Shown here: one piece after another, positions 1 to 9,368 of the stretch | Layout of the letters: each line of letters starts with the position of its first letter | How positions within the stretch are numbered: position 1 is the stretch's first letter | Source of the DNA: Atlantibacter sp. RC6 | GTDB taxonomy: Bacteria > Pseudomonadota > Gammaproteobacteria > Enterobacterales > Enterobacteriaceae | Direction: 5' to 3' | NCBI RefSeq assembly: GCF_014193285.1 | Contig: NZ_JACHZE010000003.1 | Location: 412,948-436,947 of the forward strand | Length of the DNA: 24,000 bases | Notes under the pieces: generated by a model | What the model was told of the DNA's origin: nothing | The model's input: only the letters and a program-made list of their open reading frames with translations | The model's database searches: none | Translations under genes and position numbers: made by a program

Positions 1-473
1 AGATCAGCGCCACGCCGTATATTTTCACCTTCAAGTTGTGGGACTGGGGCCGCCTGGGACTGGATGGCCTGCCGCGCCCGGTGCATCTGGAGCATGGCGC
101 CCAGGTGATCGACTGGCAGCGTGACACCCGCTGGGTGGAAAAGCATCTGGTGAACCGCATCGAACCTGTTGCCAGCGGCCACGGCTGGCGCGAAGAGCGC
201 ACCGGCCTGCATGAACGGGAATTTATCGAAACCCGCCGCCACTGGTTTAGCGTGCCGGTCACTCATCACACTCACGGCGGCGTTAACGTGCTCAATCTGG
301 TGGAGGGCGCGGAAGCCCTGGTGGACAGCCCGACCGGCGCATTTGACCCCTATGTGGTGCATTACGCCGAAACCTTTATCGTTCCCGCCGCCGTGGGCGA
401 GTACCGTATTTCACCCTGGGGTGAAAGCATCGGGCAAACGCTGGCGACGGTGAAAGCCTGGGTAAGGGGGTAA
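1..473 (+). CDS. Class I mannose-6-phosphate isomerase-like cupin protein, C-terminal part (5' end outside window)
   Basis: The frame is open from the window edge (codons phased from pos 3) to TAA at 471-473. The translation ...ISATPYIFTFKLWDWGRLGLDGLPRPVHLEHG... resembles the aromatic-x-D-aromatic-x-R motif and C-terminal beta domain of type I PMIs. The stop lies 2 nt before the EIIA ATG, so it belongs to the same operon. Confidence 0.6.
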   Translation, partial: ISATPYIFTFKLWDWGRLGLDGLPRPVHLEHGAQVIDWQRDTRWVEKHLVNRIEPVASGHGWREERTGLHEREFIETRRHWFSVPVTHHTHGGVNVLNLVEGAEALVDSPTGAFDPYVVHYAETFIVPAAVGEYRISPWGESIGQTLATVKAWVRG

Positions 474-475
474 CC

Positions 476-904
476 ATGATTCATTTTATCGTTGCCAGCC
501 ACGGGCCCTATGCCAGGGCATTGCTGGAAAGCAGCCGAATGGTATACGGCGAGCTGCCGCACGTGCGCACGGTCACGCTGGATGAGCAGCGCGGTATAGA
601 AGGCTTTAAGCAGGATTTCGCGGCGGTGATGGCCGCTGCCCGCGAAGGTGCGGACGGCGTGCTGGTGCTGTGCGATATGCAAAGCGGCACGCCGTGGAAC
701 GTCGCCTGCCATTACGCGTTTTCCCCCGACTGCTCGCCGCCGGTAGCCGTGCTCGCCGGGGTGAATTTACCGATATTGCTGCTCAGTGACGAGGTTACCG
801 AACATACCGACGTTGATACCGCCGCCACGTTATTGCTGGAAATGGCCCAACCAACGCTGGTAAAGGCCGCTCCCGTTTCTTCATTAACCCCTGACGATTT
901 TTAA
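476..904 (+). CDS. PTS mannose/sorbose-family EIIA component
   Basis: 142 aa. N-terminal MIHFIVASHGPY carries the phospho-His (His9), as in ManX GTHGW. CDMQSGTPWN matches ManX VDTWGGSPFN. SD aagggg lies upstream. Confidence 0.85.
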   Translation: MIHFIVASHGPYARALLESSRMVYGELPHVRTVTLDEQRGIEGFKQDFAAVMAAAREGADGVLVLCDMQSGTPWNVACHYAFSPDCSPPVAVLAGVNLPILLLSDEVTEHTDVDTAATLLLEMAQPTLVKAAPVSSLTPDDF

Positions 905-914
905 GGAGCCCGCT

Positions 915-1409
915 ATGAGTCTCTCATTTGTACGTATTGATGACCGCGTCATTCATGGGCAGCTCGTGACACGCTGGGCCAAAGAGCTGCCCTGTGACGG
1001 CATCATCGCGATTGATGACGCCGTCGCGGCCGATCCCCTGCTCTCCTCGGTGATGAAAGGCGCGGTGCAGGACACCAAAGTGTGGCTGTTCGATACCGCC
1101 ACCGCTATCGAAAAACTGCCGAAAGTGATTGCCAGCGAGAAACGCTATTTCGTGATTGGCAAATCGCCAGTGACGCTTCAGCGCATTGAAATGGCGGGAA
1201 TAAGCCTGAAAAACGCCAACGGCAAGATCAATGTCGGCCCGATGAGCGCTCGCGCCAATACCATCACTATCGGTCCCAATCAGTCGGTGAATGCGCAAGA
1301 AACCGCTGCGTTCGACTGGCTCGCTGCCCACGGTCACGCCATTGAGTTCCGGCTGGTTCCCGATGCCAGTTGCTATAGCTGGCAGGACGCCCGGCAGAAA
1401 ATAAAATGA
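915..1409 (+). CDS. PTS mannose/sorbose-family EIIB component
   Basis: 164 aa. Has the hallmark VRIDDRVIHGQLVTRW active-site motif (His14). A strong SD aaggag sits 8 nt upstream. Confidence 0.9.
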   Translation: MSLSFVRIDDRVIHGQLVTRWAKELPCDGIIAIDDAVAADPLLSSVMKGAVQDTKVWLFDTATAIEKLPKVIASEKRYFVIGKSPVTLQRIEMAGISLKNANGKINVGPMSARANTITIGPNQSVNAQETAAFDWLAAHGHAIEFRLVPDASCYSWQDARQKIK

Positions 1410-1419
1410 GGAGCGCATC

Positions 1420-2217
1420 ATGATTGTCGAAGCCACATTGATTGGCATCTTGTGTTATTTGGGGGCGCTAAGTAGCCCCTGGCTGTTTGGCCTGACGGGG
1501 GGCTGGTATCTGATCACCCGTCCGCTGGTTTCCGGCATGCTGGTCGGCCTGATCCTCGGTGATGTGACCACCGGGATTATTATCGGCGTGGCGGTGCAGG
1601 CGGTGTATATCGCGATGGTGACGCCAGGCGGCTCCATGCCCGCTGACCTGAATTTCGTGGCGTTCCCGGCTATCGCGCTGGGTATTCTCTCCGGCAAAGG
1701 GCCGGAAGTGGCCGTAGCGCTGGCTGCCACTATCGGCATCGCCGGGACAATCCTTTTTAACGCCATGATGGTGCTGAACTCGTTCTGGAACCACCGTGCC
1801 GATGTGGCGCTGGAACGCGGCGACGAGCGCGGCATCTATCTTAATAGCGCCATCTTTCCGCAGGCGACCAACTTCCTGCTGCGCTTTGTACCGACTTTTA
1901 TCGCGGTCTATTTTGGCGCGCAGTACATCAGTGAATTTATGGACAGCCTGCCGCGCATGGTGCTGGCAATCATGAACGTGCTGGGCGGGATTTTACCGGC
2001 GGTGGGTATCGCGATCCTGCTTAAGCAAATCATCAAAAATTACAGCATGTTGATCTATTTTCTGGTGGGTTTCGTCTGCATCGTGTTTCTGAAGCTGAAC
2101 ATGGTTGCGCTGGTGATCGTGGGCGCGCTGCTGGCGTTGATTCATTACAACTATAAACCGGAAGCCCAGCCTGCGGTGAAAGCCGCCTCGCCTGTCGATG
2201 ATGAGGATGAATTCTGA
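1420..2217 (+). CDS. PTS mannose/sorbose-family EIIC membrane component
   Basis: 265 aa and highly hydrophobic. It holds the EIIC position between EIIB and EIID, has an acidic C-terminal tail, and SD gagg lies upstream. Confidence 0.85.
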   Translation: MIVEATLIGILCYLGALSSPWLFGLTGGWYLITRPLVSGMLVGLILGDVTTGIIIGVAVQAVYIAMVTPGGSMPADLNFVAFPAIALGILSGKGPEVAVALAATIGIAGTILFNAMMVLNSFWNHRADVALERGDERGIYLNSAIFPQATNFLLRFVPTFIAVYFGAQYISEFMDSLPRMVLAIMNVLGGILPAVGIAILLKQIIKNYSMLIYFLVGFVCIVFLKLNMVALVIVGALLALIHYNYKPEAQPAVKAASPVDDEDEF

Positions 2218-3035
2218 TGGAAGCGCGTAAACTCACCCGTAAAGATCTGCGCCGCTGCTGGCGCGCCTGGATGATGCACAATCTTTCCTCCATGAGCTTT
2301 GAACGCCTGGAGTCATTTGGCTTCTGCCTCAGCATGCTGCCGGTCGCCCGTAAACTTTACCCGGATGCAGCGGCGCGCACCGAGATGCTGCGCCGTCACG
2401 CATCGTTCTACAACACTGAACCGCAGATCGGGGCGATTGTTAATGGCATGGCGCTGGGTCTGGAAGAGAAAAAAGCCAATGGCGAACCCATCGACGGCGA
2501 GACCATTAATACCCTGAAAGTGGGCCTGATGGGCCCGCTGGCCGGGATTGGCGACTCGATGATCCCCGGTATGCTAATCCCCATTTTACTCAGTATCGGG
2601 ATGGCGCTGGCAGCAGGAGGCAGTATGCTCGGCCCGCTGTTTTACACGGTGGCGTGGCTGGCGATTATTATTCCCGGCTCGTGGTTTCTGTTCCTTAAAG
2701 GCTACCAGATGGGGTCCGGCTCGGTGGAGATGCTGGTCAGCAGCCGATCGACCCGCCTGCGTGAAGCGCTGTCGTTGCTCGGCGTGTTTGTGATGGGCGG
2801 TGTGGCCGCAAGCTATGTGAAACTGGGCACCGGGCTGGAGTTTGTAACCAATGACGGGGTCAATATTCACGTTCAGCAAATGCTCGACGGCATCTTCCCG
2901 CAGCTACTGCCGCTGATTGTGGTGCTGGGCACCTGGTATCTGATGGCGAAGCGCGGGGTCTCCCCCGTTAAAGCGATGCTGCTGTTACTGATCCTCGCTG
3001 CGATAGGTGTCGCGAGCGGGTTGTTTGCCGGATAA
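2217..3035 (+). CDS. PTS mannose/sorbose-family EIID membrane component
   Basis: 272 aa. The start overlaps the EIIC stop (TGATG). The N-terminal amphipathic region (RCWRAWMMHNLSSMSFERLESFGF) followed by TM segments is typical of ManZ/AgaD-type EIID. Confidence 0.85.
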   Translation: MEARKLTRKDLRRCWRAWMMHNLSSMSFERLESFGFCLSMLPVARKLYPDAAARTEMLRRHASFYNTEPQIGAIVNGMALGLEEKKANGEPIDGETINTLKVGLMGPLAGIGDSMIPGMLIPILLSIGMALAAGGSMLGPLFYTVAWLAIIIPGSWFLFLKGYQMGSGSVEMLVSSRSTRLREALSLLGVFVMGGVAASYVKLGTGLEFVTNDGVNIHVQQMLDGIFPQLLPLIVVLGTWYLMAKRGVSPVKAMLLLLILAAIGVASGLFAG

Positions 3036-3047
3036 AAATATCAAGCT

Positions 3048-3071
3048 AACCGGGGCCTGCGCCCCGGTTTT
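3048..3071 (+). terminator. Rho-independent terminator of the Man-family PTS operon, shared gap with the convergent cupin operon
   Basis: Perfect 9-bp GC-rich stem aaccggggc/gccccggtt (3048-3056 / 3061-3069) with loop ctgc, followed by TTTT on the + strand. The minus-strand cupin stop codon (3073-3075) abuts it. Confidence 0.65.
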
Positions 3072-3072
3072 A

Positions 3073-3855
3073 TCATGGATGGAAATTGCGCCACAGGCTG
3101 GCAACCCGGTCTGGTTTTGAGATGAACTGAAACCGGGCTGGATCGTCAATAAACTGCTGGTAAATGGGTTGGTCGGTAATACCGAATTCGCTGTAGCGAC
3201 GCGGTGTAATTACCTGTAATCGCCCCGGTGTATAGTGGGCGTTATGCTGCCAGACGATATGGCCATCCTGTACCAGCGGATACCACGCCAGCCCCTTATG
3301 CGCCCGTACGGCGTCATATTCAAAACCATACTCACGATCGCACCAGGCACCGAAGGTCAGTGGTTCGTCAACGGAGGCGGAAATCGTCGCGTGCCCCCAT
3401 CCCGGCGGCACCAGTACTTTGTCACCCGGCCCGGCGATGGCGGCGAAACAGCGCCCCGGATCGTCTTCCACAAATTCCTGCATATAGATGATCGCTTTGC
3501 CCTGCCAGATTTCATACAGCTCCGGCGGGGACCAGCCGCTATGCTGGCTGATGCGATGGATATGCCCCTGGCTGCGTACCGGTTCATCGCCCAGTTGGCC
3601 TGCCGCATAGGTCACAACGCCGAACAACAGCATCCGCTTACGTAGTTCCTCTCGATCCTGCAAACGAGCGACATCCATCGCGATGGCATAGACCGCCTCC
3701 GGCCCGCTACAGTCGGGATCGCGCAGCGAGGCGCGGATCTGGTCAAGGGTACGCACTTCTGGCATCGGCCCGATCACATCCTCGCCGTAGCTGAATCCCA
3801 GCGGCTGGTGGTGAATGGCCATATTCAGGCCGTACTTTGCGGTCATATCAGCCAT
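3073..3855 (-). CDS. Divergent cupin-PGI-family paralog (glucose-6-phosphate isomerase family cupin, 260 aa)
   Basis: Contains GHIH(98-100)...E112 and VLVPPGWGHATIS, alignable to cupin-PGI GHFH..E and VYVPPYWAHRTVN. However, there are 11 rather than 6 residues between H-x-H and Glu, and Ser replaces the HxxxN Asn. The ATG overlaps the upstream cupin stop by 8 nt. Confidence 0.6.
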   Translation of the reverse strand: MADMTAKYGLNMAIHHQPLGFSYGEDVIGPMPEVRTLDQIRASLRDPDCSGPEAVYAIAMDVARLQDREELRKRMLLFGVVTYAAGQLGDEPVRSQGHIHRISQHSGWSPPELYEIWQGKAIIYMQEFVEDDPGRCFAAIAGPGDKVLVPPGWGHATISASVDEPLTFGAWCDREYGFEYDAVRAHKGLAWYPLVQDGHIVWQHNAHYTPGRLQVITPRRYSEFGITDQPIYQQFIDDPARFQFISKPDRVASLWRNFHP

Positions 3856-4408
3856 GTTGCACCGCCGTAATCCGTACTTTCCCCGCCTCTTCTGTTACCC
3901 GCAACGCAAAACCGTGCGGCAATGAGGTATAGTCATGCCCGGCGATACTCGGCCAGACGGCCAGCGCGCGCAGGGTTTGCGCACCGGTGTTGATTAAGCG
4001 ATGGGCGGTAAAGCCGGGAATAATATGGACCGAACCGGCGAACACGGGTTCGGTCCACGCCTCGCCCTGCTCATTTTGCAACAACAACAGTCCTTCGCCC
4101 TCCAGGCCGAAATAGACTTCCCCCTGTTCGCGACGCTGATGAAAGTGCCCGCGCGTCATAAAATATTCGTCGCCAACTTTACCGGGATAAAGGTGTGTCA
4201 CGCCGACGTAGAGTTCGCCTTCGCCGCCAGGCGAATCAAACATGTCGACATCATAAGCAGGCCGATCGGCAAACTGCTGGATCGCGTCGCGATTGATAAA
4301 AACGGTACTGAGATCGCTAAGGCGAGTGGTTTTGCGGATTAACGGGCCGCAACTTAACGCACCCGTCGCCCAGGCAAGCTGGAAGGGTTGGATCAATAAA
4401 TCACTCAT
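3848..4408 (-). CDS. Cupin-type phosphoglucose isomerase (archaeal cPGI-like, 186 aa)
   Basis: LYPGKVGDEYFMTRGHFHQRREQGEVYFGLEGEGLLLLQ and AGHDY closely match my recollection of Pyrococcus furiosus PGI (LYPGKVGKEFFFTKGHFHAKLDRAEVYVALKGKGGMLLQ, AGHDY). By my count the metal ligands fall at His88, His90, Glu97 and His136. SD ggagac lies upstream. Confidence 0.85.
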   Translation of the reverse strand: MSDLLIQPFQLAWATGALSCGPLIRKTTRLSDLSTVFINRDAIQQFADRPAYDVDMFDSPGGEGELYVGVTHLYPGKVGDEYFMTRGHFHQRREQGEVYFGLEGEGLLLLQNEQGEAWTEPVFAGSVHIIPGFTAHRLINTGAQTLRALAVWPSIAGHDYTSLPHGFALRVTEEAGKVRITAVQHG

Positions 4409-4451
4409 GTTTGTCTCCGGCCCGAGGAGAACAACATGATCATTCTGGCAG

Positions 4452-4463
4452 ATTAATCGATTA
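4452..4463. promoter_or_regulatory. 12-bp perfect palindrome TTAATCGATTAA upstream of the cupin operon (candidate operator)
   Basis: The palindrome was read directly from the sequence. It lies 44-55 nt upstream of the ATG at 4408, in the only available promoter region (4409-4537). Confidence 0.3.
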
Positions 4464-4537
4464 ACCTGAACAAGATAAACAGTATCCTGCTGGCAGGCTC
4501 ACAGAATTGACGATCTGTTGCCCGTCCCTTTGGCAAC

Positions 4538-4570
4538 AAAAAAAGCCAGACGGTGTAGTCTGGCTTTTTT
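4538..4570 (-). terminator. ispH rho-independent terminator (bidirectional architecture)
   Basis: Stem gccagac/gtctggc (4545-4551 / 4558-4564) is flanked by A7 on one side and T6 on the other. It lies 19 nt downstream of the ispH stop. Confidence 0.85.
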
Positions 4571-4588
4571 CTGAAACGCATAAGCACG

Positions 4589-5539
4589 TTACTCGACTTC
4601 GCGCACGTCCATCCGCAGCTCTTTCGGAACTTCGAACACAATATTCTCTTCCCGACCGGTGAGTTCGCGCGTTTCGCCGCCGCCTAACGCCTGCAACCGT
4701 TTCAGGACGTTTTGCACCAGAATATCGGGTGCCGACGCCCCCGCCGTAACGCCAACGCAGGCCGCGCCTGACAGCCACGACTCGTTAATATCGCTGGCAT
4801 CATCAATCAGATAGGCTTTTTTACCCATCCGCTGGGCCAGTTCCGCCAGACGGTTGGAGTTGGAGGAGTTTTTCGACCCGACCACCAGCACCACATCCGC
4901 CTCCGCCGCCAGCGCGCGTACCGCTTCCTGACGGTTCGTCGTGGCGTAGCAAATATCGTCTTTGCGCGGGCCGATGATTTTCGGGAAGCGGCTGCGCAGC
5001 GCGTCGATCACATCCGACGTATCGTCCACGGACAGCGTGGTCTGGGTCATAAAGGAGAGATTGCTGTCGTCTTTCACTTCAATTTTCAGCACATCTTCCG
5101 GCGACTCCACCAGGTACATGCCCCCTTTCGGGTTGCTGTACTGACCCATGGTGCCTTCCACTTCCGGGTGCCCGGCGTGGCCGATCAGGATCGCTTCTTC
5201 GCCGCGCCGGCTGGCGCGCGCCACTTCCATATGCACTTTGGTTACCAGCGGACAGGTAGCGTCAAACACCGTTAAATCACGGTTTTTCGCTTCGTTGCGT
5301 ACTGCCTGGGACACGCCGTGCGCCGAGAAAATCAGGATCGCGCCGTCCGGCACTTCGCTGATTTGCTCGATAAAAATCGCGCCGCGTTCGCGCAGGCTGT
5401 CCACCACGTAGCGGTTATGCACCACTTCATGGCGCACATAAATCGGCGCACCGTAAATGGTCAGCGCGTTTTCGACAATGCTGATTGCACGGTCAACACC
5501 AGCGCAAAACCCGCGCGGGTTAGCCAACAGGATCTGCAT
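4589..5539 (-). CDS. ispH: 4-hydroxy-3-methylbut-2-enyl diphosphate reductase
   Basis: 316 aa. [23 protein letters not shown]... is near-identical to E. coli IspH (LytB) throughout. It holds the conserved position after fkpB. Confidence 0.97.
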   Translation of the reverse strand: MQILLANPRGFCAGVDRAISIVENALTIYGAPIYVRHEVVHNRYVVDSLRERGAIFIEQISEVPDGAILIFSAHGVSQAVRNEAKNRDLTVFDATCPLVTKVHMEVARASRRGEEAILIGHAGHPEVEGTMGQYSNPKGGMYLVESPEDVLKIEVKDDSNLSFMTQTTLSVDDTSDVIDALRSRFPKIIGPRKDDICYATTNRQEAVRALAAEADVVLVVGSKNSSNSNRLAELAQRMGKKAYLIDDASDINESWLSGAACVGVTAGASAPDILVQNVLKRLQALGGGETRELTGREENIVFEVPKELRMDVREVE

Positions 5540-5990
5540 TCAACGTCTCCAGTACCGGATCAACCTCCAGCACGTCGATATCAAAATGAAGGTTCTGCCC
5601 GGCAAGTGGATGGTTGAAATCCACCGTGATGGAGTCGCCGTTAATTTCGCGAATCACACCAGGCATTTCCGAACCATCCATGGCGGTGAATAACATGATC
5701 GCCCCGATTTCCGGCTCTCCGGCGTCGATAAACTCCCGACGCGAGAAGTACAGGATCATGTCCGGGCTGGGAATGCCAAACCCGGATTCCGGCGGCAGCG
5801 TGAAGGATTTTTTATCCCCCGCGCGCATCTCCAGCAGCTGCGCTTCAAGCCCAGGGGACAGCGAGCCATCCCCCAGCCGGAACAGAGCAGGTTTGCCGTT
5901 ATTGCGGGTCGATTCCGCCGTCGAGCCATCTTCCAGCTTCAGCGTGAAGTGGACCAGCACGGCGCTGTTGCTCTGAACACTTTTACTCAT
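5520..5990 (-). CDS. fkpB: FKBP-type peptidyl-prolyl cis-trans isomerase
   Basis: Start is taken at the internal Met ([19 protein letters not shown]...), matching the E. coli FkpB N-terminus. The ORF-track extension to 6029 would lie inside lspA. The 3' end overlaps the ispH start by 20 nt. Confidence 0.92.
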   Translation of the reverse strand: MSKSVQSNSAVLVHFTLKLEDGSTAESTRNNGKPALFRLGDGSLSPGLEAQLLEMRAGDKKSFTLPPESGFGIPSPDMILYFSRREFIDAGEPEIGAIMLFTAMDGSEMPGVIREINGDSITVDFNHPLAGQNLHFDIDVLEVDPVLETLNADPVG

Positions 5991-6498
5991 GACTTTTCTT
6001 TTCCCGGGCCGTTTTGTCAGAAGAGACAAAGAAACCTTCCAGCACGATCAGCGCCGCACCGACGCAAATCGCCGTGTCCGCCAGGTTAAAGGTCGCGAAA
6101 TGCCAGTCGCCGACGTAGAAGTCGATCATATCGACCACAAAGCCGTGCCACAGGCGGTCGAACAGGTTGCCCAACGCCCCGCCGATGATTAAAGCATAGG
6201 CGATATTGTTGAGCTTCTGGCTGGCTTTGGCGCGATACATCATCACCGCCAGCACCACGCAGATGCCGATGGCGATACCGGCAAAGAACCAGCGCTGCCA
6301 GCCGCCTTTATCGGCGAGGAAGCTAAATGCCGCGCCGTAGTTGCGCGCATAATGCAGATTGAGCGACGGGAACAGTGACACCGTATCCCCCAGAGCAAAG
6401 TTCTGGAGGATCAGGTATTTACTGCCCAAATCGACAATCAGCACGACCACCACCAGCCACAGCCAGCGCAGCCCTGTTGAAAGGATCGGTTTACTCAT
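5983..6498 (-). CDS. lspA: Lipoprotein signal peptidase II
   Basis: 171 aa polytopic membrane protein with LspA motifs ([20 protein letters not shown]). Its ATG overlaps the ileS TGA (ATGA), as in the enteric ileS-lspA operon. Confidence 0.95.
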   Translation of the reverse strand: MSKPILSTGLRWLWLVVVVLIVDLGSKYLILQNFALGDTVSLFPSLNLHYARNYGAAFSFLADKGGWQRWFFAGIAIGICVVLAVMMYRAKASQKLNNIAYALIIGGALGNLFDRLWHGFVVDMIDFYVGDWHFATFNLADTAICVGAALIVLEGFFVSSDKTAREKKSHE

Positions 6499-9314
6499 CA
6501 GGCAAACTTACGTTTTTCGCCGTCACCGGCGACGTTGCTGACACAGCGGCCACACAGTTCGGCGTGTTCCGCTACCTGACCGACGTCGGCGGTGTAATGC
6601 CAGCAGCGCTGACACTTCTCACCATCGGCTTTGCGTAATGCCACTTTCAGGCCTTTAAGCTGTTCGCTCTGCTGGGCCTCGGCGGACGCCTGTGCATACT
6701 CTTCAACTTGCGCCTCTGAGGTCAACAGGACAAATCGCAATTCATCGCCCAGCGCCGTCAGTTTCGCTGCCAGTTCCGGCTGCGCATACAACGTCACCGC
6801 CGCTTCCAGCGAGCCGCCGATGCGTTTATCAGCACGCGCCTGTTCGATGACTTTGTTCACTTCGCCGCGCACTTTCAGCAGCTCGTCCCAGTAGCCATCG
6901 TTCATGGCTTCGTTATCGGCAAGGCTGAACAGACCGTCGTACCATTCGCCGGTAAACACGTATTTTTCACGCTCGCCCGGCAGGTAGCCCCAGATTTCAT
7001 CAGCGGTGAAGGACATGATCGGCGCCATCCAGCGCACCAGCGCTTCCGCGATGTGGTACAGCGCGGTCTGGCAACTGCGGCGCGCCACACTGTCCGCTTT
7101 CGCCGTGTACTGACGGTCTTTGATGATATCGAGATAGAACGAACCCATTTCTACGGAGCAGAAACGCATCAGGCGCTGCACCACTTCGTGGAAATCATAG
7201 GCTTCGTAAGATTTCACGATATCTTCCTGCGCCGCTTTGGCGCAGCCGACCGCCCAGCGATCCAGAACGACCATCTCTTCCGGCTTAACGCTGTCTTTTA
7301 CCGGATCGAAGCCGTTAAGGTTCGCCAGCAGGAAGCGCGCGGTATTACGAATGCGGCGGTACGCATCGGCGGCGCGCTTGAGGATCTCGTCAGAGACCGC
7401 CATTTCGCCGGTGTAATCGGTCGAGGCCACCCACAGACGCAGAATGTCCGCGCCGAGTTTGTTCATCACGTCCTGCGGCGATACGGTGTTGCCGATGGAC
7501 TTGGACATTTTGCGGCCCTGACCATCCACGGTGAAGCCGTGGGTCAGAACCTGACGGTACGGCGCTTTGCCTTTCATGGCGGTGGAGATCATCAGAGAGG
7601 ACATAAACCAGCCGCGATGCTGGTCGGAACCTTCGAGATACATATCCGCCGCATGGCCGGCAAACTCCGGACGCACATCAACCACGGAAGCATGGGTAGA
7701 ACCGGAGTCGAACCACACGTCCAGGGTATCCGGCACTTTCTCATAACTGTCGGCGTCGTTGCCCATGATGTCGCGCGGGTCGAGATCCCACCACGCCTGA
7801 ATACCGTCCTGCTCAACGCGTTGGGCAACGGCTTCCATCAGCTCCTGGGTACGCGGATGCAGTTCCTGGGTCTCTTTATGCACGAACAGCGCCATCGGCA
7901 CACCCCAGGTGCGCTGACGGGAGATACACCAGTCCGGACGGTTAGCGACCATCGACTCGATACGCGCCTGGCCCCAGTCCGGGATCCACTGCACGCCTTT
8001 GATCTCCTGCAACGACTGCGCGCGCAGGCCTTTCTGATCCATGCTGATAAACCACTGCGGGGTGGCGCGGAAGATAATCGGCGTTTTGTGACGCCAGCAG
8101 TGCGGATAGCTATGCAGCAGTTTTTCAACATGCAGCAGCGCGCCGTTTTCACGCAGCAGGTTGACGATCAGATCGTTAGCCTTGAATACCTGAACGCCGT
8201 CCAGCGTCGGGTAGGTGCCCGGCAGATACGCGCCGTCCGGGCCAACCGGGTTAGCGGTTTCCAGACCGTATTTCTGGCCGATTACATAGTCGTCCGGGCC
8301 GTGGCCAGGGGCGGTATGCACCGCGCCGGTACCGGCGTCCAGCGTCACGTGCTCGCCGAGGATCGCCGGCACGTCGAAATCCAGGAACGGGTGTTTGAAG
8401 CGCAGCAATTCCAGCGCATCGCCTTTCACAGTGCCCAGCACGGTAAAATCGGTGATACCGGCGCGTTTCATCACGCTGTCCACCAGCTCCTTCGCCAGGA
8501 TCAGCGCCTGACCGTCAATCTGCACCAGCGCATAGTCGATATCCGCATGCAGAGAGATAGCGCGGTTAGCGGGCAGGGTCCACGGGGTGGTGGTCCAGAT
8601 CACCAGCGAAATCGGGCCGTTTACGTTGGCCGCGCCGAATTTGGCTTTTACCGCGTCGGCATCAACGGCGTGGAATGTTACGTCGATGGACGGCGAGGTT
8701 TTGTCGTAATACTCGACTTCCGCTTCCGCCAGCGCGGAACGGCAGTCAACGCACCAGTGCACCGGCTTGGCACCTTTGTGCAGGTGGCCGTTGCCGATGA
8801 TTTTGCCCAGCGCGCGAATAATATTGGCTTCGGTTTTGAAGTCCATGGTCAGGTACGGGTGCGACCAGTCGCCCAGCACGCCCAGACGGATAAAGTCGGC
8901 GCGCTGGCCTTCAACCTGCTCAGCCGCGTATTTACGGCAGGCGGCACGGAATTCCGCTGCGGACACTTTCTCGCCCGGCTTGCCGATCAGCTGTTCAACT
9001 TTCAGTTCAATCGGCAGACCGTGGCAATCCCATCCTGGCACATACGGGGAGTCATAACCCGCCAGCCCTTTGGATTTGATAATAATGTCTTTCAGAATCT
9101 TGTTAACCGAGTGACCAATATGAATGCTGCCATTCGCATAAGGAGGGCCATCATGCAGAATGAAGGTTTTTTTGCCTTTTTTCGCCGCACGGATGATGCC
9201 GTACAGGTCATCATCGGTCCAACGCGCCAGCATTCCCGGTTCGCGTTTGGCGAGGTCGCCACGCATCGGGAACCCTGTTTCCGGCAAATTCAGGGTAGAT
9301 TTATAGTCACTCAT
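6498..9314 (-). CDS. ileS: Isoleucine--tRNA ligase
   Basis: Start is taken at [19 protein letters not shown] (938 aa, the same length as E. coli IleS). HIGH ([11 protein letters not shown]) and KMSKS motifs are present, along with a C-terminal Zn-binding Cys cluster. Confidence 0.97.
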   Translation of the reverse strand: MSDYKSTLNLPETGFPMRGDLAKREPGMLARWTDDDLYGIIRAAKKGKKTFILHDGPPYANGSIHIGHSVNKILKDIIIKSKGLAGYDSPYVPGWDCHGLPIELKVEQLIGKPGEKVSAAEFRAACRKYAAEQVEGQRADFIRLGVLGDWSHPYLTMDFKTEANIIRALGKIIGNGHLHKGAKPVHWCVDCRSALAEAEVEYYDKTSPSIDVTFHAVDADAVKAKFGAANVNGPISLVIWTTTPWTLPANRAISLHADIDYALVQIDGQALILAKELVDSVMKRAGITDFTVLGTVKGDALELLRFKHPFLDFDVPAILGEHVTLDAGTGAVHTAPGHGPDDYVIGQKYGLETANPVGPDGAYLPGTYPTLDGVQVFKANDLIVNLLRENGALLHVEKLLHSYPHCWRHKTPIIFRATPQWFISMDQKGLRAQSLQEIKGVQWIPDWGQARIESMVANRPDWCISRQRTWGVPMALFVHKETQELHPRTQELMEAVAQRVEQDGIQAWWDLDPRDIMGNDADSYEKVPDTLDVWFDSGSTHASVVDVRPEFAGHAADMYLEGSDQHRGWFMSSLMISTAMKGKAPYRQVLTHGFTVDGQGRKMSKSIGNTVSPQDVMNKLGADILRLWVASTDYTGEMAVSDEILKRAADAYRRIRNTARFLLANLNGFDPVKDSVKPEEMVVLDRWAVGCAKAAQEDIVKSYEAYDFHEVVQRLMRFCSVEMGSFYLDIIKDRQYTAKADSVARRSCQTALYHIAEALVRWMAPIMSFTADEIWGYLPGEREKYVFTGEWYDGLFSLADNEAMNDGYWDELLKVRGEVNKVIEQARADKRIGGSLEAAVTLYAQPELAAKLTALGDELRFVLLTSEAQVEEYAQASAEAQQSEQLKGLKVALRKADGEKCQRCWHYTADVGQVAEHAELCGRCVSNVAGDGEKRKFA

Positions 9315-9368
9315 TAGATTCTCGGTTCCGTATTTCGGTTTGATTAACACCAACAGGCCTAAAGCCGG

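Noticed and set aside
4453-4778. Minus-strand ORFs of 62 and 105 aa spanning the ispH 3' end, its terminator and the cupin promoter region
   Set aside because: They overlap ispH out of frame and read through a strong bidirectional terminator. Their products are Arg/Cys-rich shadow-frame sequences.
5991-6029. N-terminal extensions offered by the ORF track for fkpB (to 6029), ileS (to 9353), sgcX (from 11132), sgcB (from 12274) and sgcA (from 14737)
   Set aside because: The internal Met starts reproduce the known E. coli N-termini and lengths and have SD sequences. The extensions overlap upstream genes or hairpins and lack an SD.
7053-9317. 754-codon antisense ORF covering most of ileS
   Set aside because: The explanation is the same codon-aligned antisense frame (both phased at position mod 3 = 0). 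It only shows that ileS lacks TTA/CTA/TCA codons over this span. No start context is present.
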